A stretch of 28,716 bases of DNA from a virus (lineage: Duplodnaviria > Caudoviricetes). Within the stretch, counting starts at the first letter, position 1. Each line of letters starts with the position of its first letter. The notes below the pieces were generated by a model. It had not been told where the DNA came from and did not search any database. It saw only the letters and a program-made list of their open reading frames with translations. The position numbers were made by a program, and so were the translations under genes. The stretch is from positions 1 through 28,716 of IMG/VR virus record IMGVR_UViG_3300030207_003699. One strand, written 5' to 3'. Shown piece after piece: positions 8,634-19,000 of this stretch.

Positions 8634-10055
8634 ATGGGATTACAACAATATACAGCTCAAGAATATTACGAAGAAGGTATAGGTGAAGGAAAGTACCAGT
8701 TTACTCCTTTAAATCAAGTTATAACAAACTTTGAAATAGCTTATGTTGGAGAAGATAAAATAATACCAAGAGTAAAAAGAACTGATATTGCTTTTCACGC
8801 TCAAAGAACTTTAGCTGAATTATCTTTTGATGTTCTTAGGTCTTGTAAAGCAGAAGAATTTGAAGTACCTCCTTCTTTGCAAAAAATGCTACCAATAGAT
8901 TATGTTAACTACACTCAAGTATCTTGGGTAGATAGCGCTGGTATTAAGCATAGAATATATCCAGAAAATAAATCATCTAATCCTAGTATTCATAGATACC
9001 AAGACGAAGATGGTAAGTATTCTATAAGTATGCAAGTTAAACTAACTCAAGGATCTAATATTTTTGAGTTAACTGGTGATTGGCGTAGTCAAATAATAGT
9101 TGGTATGAGATTTGGTAGTCATTCTTACATAGCTACCCAAAGCTATGCACATGAAATATCTTATAATGCAACAACTGATATAACTTCTGTTACTGTAAAA
9201 AACTCAGATGGTACTGTTGATAGACCAGCTGGTGTTGGAACTGGTGTTAATAGTATACCACTTAATCCATTTACCTCTGCAAATGATGCTGTTGTAGAAT
9301 TAACAGTGCAAAGACATAACGTACTTGGTATACAAAGAGCCACAGATAATACATATGTTGAAACTACAGTTGCTGCCGCTCCTAATGTTGGTGATAACAT
9401 TATAATAGTTAGTGACACATCTGAAATTAAAGCTGGTATGTTAGTTTCACATCCTGGTTTTCCAAATTCTCCTGGCACAGGTCCAGCAGCAAAGGTAATA
9501 AATGTTGGAACTTACCACGTGGAATTTGATACGAATATTACAAATCCCATTGCAAATGGTAGTACAATAGGTTTTCTTAAAGTAGGAGATCCTGATTCGA
9601 CTACTTGGGAAAATTACAAATCATCAGATTCTTCTGAAAATACTATTAATGATTATCAAGATTATCAAAATGATATATACTGGCCAAATGAAGGTAGAAG
9701 GTTTGGTTTAGATCCACAGCGAGCACAAGTTAACGGTTACTTTTATATTTGTGGCTCGGGTAAAATACATTTTAGCTCTAACCTAGCTGGTAGAACAATA
9801 GTATTTGACTATATAAGTGATAGTTTAGCTAACGATGGTGAAATGCAAGTACCTAAATTAGCTGAAGAAGCTTTATACAAGTCTATTATTTACGCTATAT
9901 TATCTACTAGAGCAAACGTTCAAGAATATGTAGTTAGAAGATTTAAAAAAGAAAAATTTGCAGCAGTTAGAAATGCAAAAATAAGAATATCAAATACTAA
10001 ATTAGAAGAAATTACTCAAGTTTTAAGAGGCAAATCGAAACAAATAAAACACTAG
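8634..10055 (+). CDS. Putative tail tubular/ring protein with inserted beta-rich modules (473 aa)
   Basis: LPIDYVNYTQVSWVD and GKIHFSS...FDYISD...VPKLAEEALY segments resemble tubular/adaptor proteins; the central ~200 aa are T/G/V-rich; directly upstream of the nozzle-like gene. Confidence 0.6.
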   Translation: MGLQQYTAQEYYEEGIGEGKYQFTPLNQVITNFEIAYVGEDKIIPRVKRTDIAFHAQRTLAELSFDVLRSCKAEEFEVPPSLQKMLPIDYVNYTQVSWVDSAGIKHRIYPENKSSNPSIHRYQDEDGKYSISMQVKLTQGSNIFELTGDWRSQIIVGMRFGSHSYIATQSYAHEISYNATTDITSVTVKNSDGTVDRPAGVGTGVNSIPLNPFTSANDAVVELTVQRHNVLGIQRATDNTYVETTVAAAPNVGDNIIIVSDTSEIKAGMLVSHPGFPNSPGTGPAAKVINVGTYHVEFDTNITNPIANGSTIGFLKVGDPDSTTWENYKSSDSSENTINDYQDYQNDIYWPNEGRRFGLDPQRAQVNGYFYICGSGKIHFSSNLAGRTIVFDYISDSLANDGEMQVPKLAEEALYKSIIYAILSTRANVQEYVVRRFKKEKFAAVRNAKIRISNTKLEEITQVLRGKSKQIKH

Positions 10056-10058
10056 TAC

Positions 10059-13000
10059 ATGCCAGATATTAAAAATCAGTTTACCGGTGGTAAAATGAAT
10101 AAAGATCTTGACGAAAGACTTGTTCCCAAAGGTGAATACAGACATGCTATGAATATACAAGTGTCAACTTCAGAAGAGTCTGATGTTGGTGCTCTTCAAA
10201 ACATATTAGGTAATGTACCTGGTTGTAGTTATAATGATCCTGGTGGTATTATAAATCAAAATCCAATACCTAGTGGTTCTACTACTGTAAGCTCTATATC
10301 TGACGAAAAAAATGATTCTTTATACTGGCTAGTTGCTGGTCCAGATGCTACTAATTATGATATTACAACTTTAACACCAGGCACTTCTGCCTCTGGCGCA
10401 ATAGTTCCTACTACTATTTCGTTTAAAGATTTAATAATGCGTACTAATAGTGATACTAGCATAGCACAGTCTGGCTGTGAACCTGTTTTTGTTGATCTAT
10501 ATAAGTTTTGTACTACTATAGAGCCTAATTCAGGTTCTAATCTCACAAATCAGTTTCAACTACATAATCCTACTATTACACACAATAGTATTATACCTGG
10601 TATGAACGTAACAGGTTTTATTAATGGCGCTCCTCAGTTTGGCGCCGTTGTTAAATCTATGGGTGGCGTTAATACTGGTACTGCAACTTATACTTCAGGT
10701 AGTTTCACTATACCTCCTACGCCTGGTATGACACAAGGTGTTGCGGCCTCCTCTCTTCTTAGAGTTAGAACTTTTGATACAAGTATGAGTGGTACTGGTG
10801 TTTATGATTCAATTGTTATAACTTCTAGCGCTACAAATACGATCCCTATAACAAATGATCCAGCTTGGAGTCTTCATCAACAACATGGTATAATATTTCA
10901 ATATATATGGACTATAACTCCAACTACTTTAACTATGCCAACAGCAATACAATTAAACGCGACTTGCCAAACTCCTTTTGGTTCGGATGGAGAAATTGTA
11001 GATATTGCTTATAATCAAACAATAGAAGAGCAACCTGGTTTTGGGCCTTTAATTAATTGTAATATAATAACAGTTGTTCCCACAAATCCTTCTACTTTTT
11101 ATCTTTTACCTACTGCTGTTAGTAATGGTGATTTAACACCTACTGGTATTGCTGGTAGTCAAATGGATTATTATCCTAGTGGTAATTCTGCAAACTTAAA
11201 CTTTACAGCTCCACCAGCTATAAATCCTACAGTTCCTGATAATACTATAAATATAACACCCGCCTCTGCATCTAACTCGTTTTTAGATGAGATATACAAT
11301 ATATTGTTTGAGTATCAAGGTAGCGGTATAAGTGTACCAACTGGCGCTGAGTTACAAATAGATCCTTTTTACGGAGCTGGAAATCTTTTTCTACCTAACT
11401 CATGTATAGATCCAGCCTCTGTTGTTGATGTTAATAATGGGTTTAGTGCTGGTAATAGTGGCCCAACAACTTATGCTAATGTTCTTCATATAATGGAGTG
11501 TGGCACTGCTCAACAGCAAACAGCAACAGGTACTTCAAATATAGTTTATAGTAATTTTCCTGTAAATGCTTCAGCTTTTAACACAAACGGTCTTAGTTTA
11601 AGATTTGTTACACAAAGCCAGTTTGGTGTTGGTAGCTTTATATTTTTAAATAAAGATGTTGAATTTAAAGATGTAGATGCTCTTTGTTTTGACAACCCTG
11701 AAAGAGTTTTAAATTTTGATAAAGATAGATTAATAACTGGAATAAATATTGTTGATGATATGTTATTCTGGACTGATAATTTTACTGAGCCTAAAAAAAT
11801 AAATATACCTAGAAGTATAGAAGGTACTGAGCCTGATGGAAATAGACATACTGCTATTGTAAATACTAGTACAGGTTACAATTTAACAAACTATAATCCT
11901 GTTAAAGAAGAGCACATAACCGTTATTAGAAAAAATCCTAAAAACGCTTTAGAACTTGAGCTTAAAACAGGTAGAGATGATGTTTCTTTAAATTACTCTG
12001 GTGTTGTAAATACTACAGATGGTACTGTACAAAGCAATATAGTATACTCTTCAAACAATACTGTTATATATGACTTTTCAACATTAGAAATAGGTGATAA
12101 AGTTTTACTTGAAATACCACAAGATGTACTTGGTAACACTATTTTTGATTTAGAGTGGCAAGTTGGAGAATATGTATTTTTAAAAGAATTTGATCCAACT
12201 GGCGCTTCTGAACCTTTACCTTTATCTGAATTTACTATAAGAGGTTTAATAGTTAATTCTGTTGACAATAACTTTAGTTCAAGCACAGGTACTGTTCAAG
12301 CTGAAATACAAATTGTATCGGTAAAAGGCACGCCTCCATCACCACCATCAGGAACTACAACGCTTTCTTATACTATTGATTTAGAAAATAGAGAACAAGT
12401 AATATTTGAAGATAAACTACCAAGGTTTTCCTATAGATATAAATATGCTGATGGTGAGTATTCAACATTTGCACCTTTTTCTGATATAGCTTTTGTTCCA
12501 TCTAGTTTAAATTATGATGCAATAAAAGGTTGGAATAAAGGAATGATAAACAGTCTTAGATCTGTTGTAGTTAGTGGTTTTTCACCATTTTTATTTAACA
12601 CATCTTTGGGTCAAGATATAACAGAAGTAGATATATTATATAAAGAAGACTCTTCTCCAGAGGTTTATGTTGTAGATACTTTAAGTGGTTTAGACATACC
12701 ACCAGTTGGAGGTGTGTTACCTTTTAATTCTGGTAGTTATGAAATAAAATCTGAAACAATTAAAAATATATTAGGCTCTAATCAATTGCTTCGTTCTTTT
12801 GATAATGTACCTAGAAAAGCATTAGCACAAGAAGTTACAGGTAGTAGAATTGTATATGGTAATTATATACAAAATTACGATTTAAAGGTTGGGGATAAAA
12901 GATATAAACCTACTTTTTCAAGTTATTTAGATACTTGGACTCGATCACAAGAAGGTTCGCCAATAAAATCTATTAAATCATTAAGAGATTATAAACTAGG

Positions 13001-16000
13001 CGTTGTTTTCACAGATGAATATGGAAGAGAAACTCCAGTTTTAATTAGTGAGTCTGGTGGTTTCAATGTAGAGAAAATAAATTCTGATAAAGCTAATAGA
13101 TTAGCTGTTAAGCTAGAAAGCGCGGCTCCACAAGAAATGGCTTATTTTAAGTTTTATATAAAAGAAACTTCTACAGAATATTACAACTTAGCTATGGACC
13201 GTTGGTACGATGCAGAAGATGGTAATATTTGGTTAGCCTTTCCTTCTGTTGATAGAAATAAAATAGATATAGAAACTTATTTGTACTTTAAAAAAGGTTC
13301 AGATGACACTGTTATAGAAAATAGTACTAAATATAAAGTTTTAGCTATAGAAAACGAAGCACCAGAATTTATTAAAACAAGAAGAGTACGTATTGGTACT
13401 GTTACACATGATAGTTCTAGAATACTAGTATCTGGTACTTCACCAACTTATTCTTATGTTTTTGGTAACTCTACTGGCCCACTTGATGAAGCGCCACGTG
13501 TTAACGGTATTTCTTTTTCAGTAAACTATGAAGACATATTTACCTCAACTAGTCTATCTAATTTAGAAGATATTCAAGAAGATTTATATGTTCAGTTTGT
13601 TAGCTCTACTGATTACTCTGCGCAATACAAAATTTCAGAAATAACAATTGATAGAACGCTAAGTGGTTTTCCGGCTGATGCTAAGTACTTTATAACTCTT
13701 GATACTAATTTAAAAGAAGATATAGAGTTTATATTTGACAATCCTAGTGCTCCTACAGTTATACAAGATGGTGTTAAACTTCAGTTTAAAAAAGCACTTA
13801 TAGAAAACGCTGCAAAATACGATGGTAGATTTTTTGCAAAAATAGAAAACGATGGTAAGATTAAAACTCAAATAACAGACGATTCTATTGGTGTTAACTA
13901 TATTGAAGCCGCTAGTAAAATGGTTTATATTTTAGATGATGACGAAACTTTAAAAACCAGGTCTTCTAATACATATACTGATGGTACTGACAATAGAATA
14001 CTAATGGATAACTCTGGTTATGTAGGATCAGCTTACACAAATAGTAATCCTGGTGGTGAAAATTATAATTTTTTAGCTGCTAGACAAACTTATTTTGGCG
14101 CAGTAAGAACAGGGCAATTCCCCCCTGCTGCACCTGGAGTTGCTACAATGGATATAGTAACTGAAAACAACGGTGTTTGGTTTATAGATAGATCAACTAA
14201 AAAATATACTAGTTACACAGCTGGTGTAGATGATAATGATCTTTATTGGAGTGGTGCATATGACATGAGTTCTTTTTCACCATCTTGCATGGAGTTTGGA
14301 TCTGGTGGAACTGGTTGTACTGGTGCCGCAGCTACTGCGCACTCTGCAACGTGGGGGTTAGGACAAGGTATTAGAAACTTTTCAACCTCTAGTATTATTA
14401 ATTTAGCTTTTGGTGGTATTGATCAAAACCCAACAACTGATGGTTCAGATAAAGGTGCTTTTACGCCTCCAATGCAAAAGATAGGTGGTACTGCTGATGA
14501 AGGTATTTGGACTATAGGTAATAATGAAGTTGCTAAAGATTATTTTTCTATAGGTCAAGATACAGGTAATTATGGTGATTCAGATACTAACAATTTTGTT
14601 GACAGACTAACAAGTGGTTTTAGTTTTAAATGGAAAGAAGATCCAACAGAGACAGTATATACTATTGACGGACAAACATATTACGAGCACAACGTGCGTT
14701 TTAACAGACAAGATGTTTTTGATAGTATTTCTGTAAAAGATGCTTTAGATGCTTCATCTTCTTATCACAAGCAATGGAGATTTAATGTGCAGCCTTCTAT
14801 GCAAAGTTGGAATCCAGCTGGGCCTGTTGGTACTACAATGAATAGTGGGTTAAATTTAGGTGGTAATATGGACGTTATTAAGCAAGTAGCTAGTGCTGTT
14901 GTAGCTGGTGACACAATAATAACTCTTAACAATATTGATGGAATAGAAATAGGTATGTCTTTAGGTACACTTCTTTTTACTCAAACAACATTTCTATATA
15001 CTACAAAAGTTACAAATGTTGATACCATTAACAATGCAGTAACAATATCTCCTGCAGCAAACGGCGCTGCGGCACTTTCAGCACCCGTTTTCTTTGGTCA
15101 CACAATAAGACTTGTACAAGAAAATATATATGGTCTTACTAACACTACTGATCCAACTGAGAATTATATAGTAGTAGATAAAATAGAAGCAACTTGTGTT
15201 AACAATAATTTAAAGCCTCTTTATAGACTTCAAAAAGGCATGATGCTAACCGAGTTTAATATAGATGATACAGTTGTTGGAAGCGACTCTCCTGGTACTA
15301 CTACTAGAGATAATAATATTATAATTAAAGAAGTAGGTGAGTTTGATAGTAGTATAGGTGGATATAGAATAGATTTAACTGGTTACCACACTCCACTACA
15401 TTTTGATACAACAGTTGGAGCAACAAATCCTTCACTATTACTTGAATTTACTAACCCAAGTCCAACTTTATTTCAAATTGGCCAAAGATTAGTTTTTGAG
15501 CAAGTAACAATGAACGGTGCTAGTAATTTTACTGAAAATAATACTTTTGACACGTTTGGTACTAATTCTTTCTCTGGTGTTGGTAACGGAGAATCTGGTG
15601 GTATTGGTGCTGTAGGCTATACAATGCAAATGGTAGAGCCTATTGATGAGTACAGCGATGGTGGTAATTTACCTCCAGATCCTTTTGTTTGGGAGACAGA
15701 GCCTAAAGAAGACGTTGATTTAAATATCTACTATGAAATAAGTGAAAATAACCCAATGGTGTTAAATAATGACACTATAAATCTAGCTATACCTGTTGGA
15801 TCTAGAGTAACAAATAGTTCTGGACTAGGTGGTTTTGATCAAATAGATCCAGTGTTTAGTATTACTCATAGTTCAGAAAACGGTGATGAAATTTTAATTA
15901 GTGGTTCGGGTATTTATATAGGTCCTATCACACCAGGATTTCCAACGCCAATTGCTGTTGGAGATACTTTGCAAATAACACGGCCAAACGGTCTTATATT

Positions 16001-19000
16001 TGAAGTTGAAATAGCAGAAATATTTCCAAACATGGTTCCAGCTGGTGGTGGTTTGCCACCAACTCCAGGTTTTTTAGCTAGAAGGTTTAAGTTAAATTCT
16101 TCGCTACACAATAGTAATTATATTTTAAATTGGCACAATTGTTATTCTTTTGGTAATGGTGTAGAGTCTAATAGAATTAAAGATGTATTTAACGCACCTT
16201 TTATAAATACTGGTGTTAAAGCTTCTACTACTTTACTACAAGACTACAAAGAAGAACATAGAAAATATGGATTAATATATTCTGGAATATATAACTCTAT
16301 GTCTGGAATAAACAATTTAAATCAATTTATACAAGCAGAAAAAATTACTAAAGATGTAAATCCTATTTACGGTAGTATTCAAAAACTACATGCTGGTTGG
16401 GGACAAGGTGGTGATTTAATAAGTATATGTGAAGATAGAGTTTTAAAAATTTTAGCTGACAAAGATGCTTTATTTAATGCTGATGGTGATTCAAATGTTA
16501 CAGCTACTAATAGAGTTTTAGGGCAAACTATACCATATTCTGGAGATTATGGTATATCTACAAATCCAGAATCATTTGCATCTGAAGCTTATAGAGCGTA
16601 TTTTACAGATAAAGTTAGAGGTGCCGTAATGAGATTATCTATGGATGGTTTGACCGCTATATCTGATCATGGCATGAAAGATTGGTTTAGAGATAATTTA
16701 AAATTATCATCTAAGCTTGTAGGTAGTTACGATGATAGAAAAGACGAGTATAATATAACTTTAACATATGAAGATGAAAATCCTTATACTTTAAGTTTTA
16801 AAGAAAATGTAAAAGGTTGGGTTAGTTTTAAATCATTTTTTCCTGAAAATGCTAATAGTTGCGCTAATGAATATTACACTTATAAAGAAGGTAATCTATG
16901 GAAACATCATGTTGAACAAGTAGATAGCTCTACAGGTTTAGAAATAAATAGAAATACTTTTTATGGTGATTTTACACCATCAAGTTTTAAAGTTTTAATA
17001 AACGATTCTCCTGGTGTTATAAAAACTTTTCACACTATAAACTATGAAGGTACACAATCTAAAATAGATGAATTAAGAAATTATGATACTATAGATGTTG
17101 CTACTGGAGTAGTAAGAGATACTATTTATAACGATGAGTATTACAATGTCGATGCTAAAGAGGGTTGGTATGTAAAAAATATTATTACAGATTTAGAAGA
17201 AGGCGCTGTGCCTGAGTTTATTAAAAAAGAAGGCAAATGGTTTAACTATATAAGAGGAAAAGAAGGTAGTTCCGTAAACTCAACTGTAATGACTAATAAT
17301 ATTGCTGGTGGTTTTGGTAATGCTGATTTTTCTTTTCAAGGTATAGCTAGAGCAACAGGCGTAGATACAGGTCTTATTTATGGTTGTACAGACGTAAACG
17401 CGTTTAATTATAATTCTCTTGCAGATGTAAATCAAGTTTCAGAAACAGATACATCAGATCCTTGTATACCTGTTATACTAGGTTGTTTAGATTCAACTGC
17501 GGATGATGGTTATTTTGCCCCAATTGGTGATCCTATGATTGACGTAAATACTGACGATGGTGTTTCTTGTCAATATTATGGTTGTCAAGATGATGGTAAT
17601 GACCCTTCTTTTCCAGGTAGACCAGTTCCTTATGTAGGCGCTGCTCTTAATTATGTTTTAAACGCAAATGTAACGCCACCTGGTTACGAGTGTACTTACG
17701 AAGTTTATGGTTGTACAGACAATGGACCAAATATAAACGGGGCAGGCGTAGTTAATGATATTGATGGTGACGGTTATGCCGCGTCTAACTACGACTCATT
17801 GGCAACTGTAAATGCTACATCTGCAATTGACCCTACAAATCCTTGTATTCCACATGTTATTGGTTGTATGGACGATGGTACTGATCCTGGCTATTCATCT
17901 GGAGGTGTTGATAGGCCAGCTAGTTATTCAGGAACAGCGTTTAACTACGAATCAGCTAACACTCTTGATATTGGTCATTGTCTTTACTGTCAGTATGGTT
18001 GTACTGATCCTGCTGCTGTAAATACATCGCCACCTGCAATAGATCCATATATTCTTTGTGATGATGGTAGCTGTACTTATGGTGGTTGTACAAAGCCAAG
18101 TGCTTGTAATTATGATCCTTTACAAACTGTAGACGATGGAAGTTGTAATTATTGTGGTGATACTGGTACTAACGTTATGAATTTTGACGGTGCTTCTCCT
18201 AGTTGTACTGCTAATTGTCAGTATTGTTGTGATCCTACTATTTTAAGTACAACATTTAATCCTAGTGGAACGGTGGCTACGATAAGTTGGCAGCCACAAA
18301 TAAACGCTCAATGTGTTGAACCTGAAAAATACACTTTAGATTTAAATCAGATTATAAGTGGTGCTCCAACCTATGTAGAAACTAAACATGAAAACCATGT
18401 TACGGGTACTAATACATATTCTAAAGTGTTTAGTGGATTAAATGTAGGAGAAGATTATACTATATCAGTTAAAGCAAAATGTCAAAGTGGTCCTAATATT
18501 TTTTCGGGATCTGCTTCTAGTTTCTTTACAGCCCCGGCACCTGCTCCTATTGTTATACCTGGTTGTACAGATCCGTTAGGATGTAATTATAATCCTGCTG
18601 CAACTGTTGATGATGGTTCGTGTGATATGGATAATTGCAATGTTACAGCGCTTCAAGGCGCTATGAACTATAGTAATACTGCTAATTGCGATAATGGCTG
18701 TGTTTATTGCGAAGCGCCAACTGTTTCAATTAGTAGTCTTTATGGTACATCTGTAGTTGTTGAAGTAACTCCAGCACCAGCTCCCGCTGCGACAACACTT
18801 CATTATCAATATGTTTTATACCCAAGTAATTCATCAGGCTATCCTACAGGACCGCCTATTGAGATTGCAAATACTGTAACAGCGACTTTATACCAATTCA
18901 CTGGATTAACTCCTGGTAATGATTACGCTGTAATGGTAACTGCAACTTGCAGCAGCTTCCCAGTTGTTAATAACGCTTACCCATCAACTTTAGCAAATTC

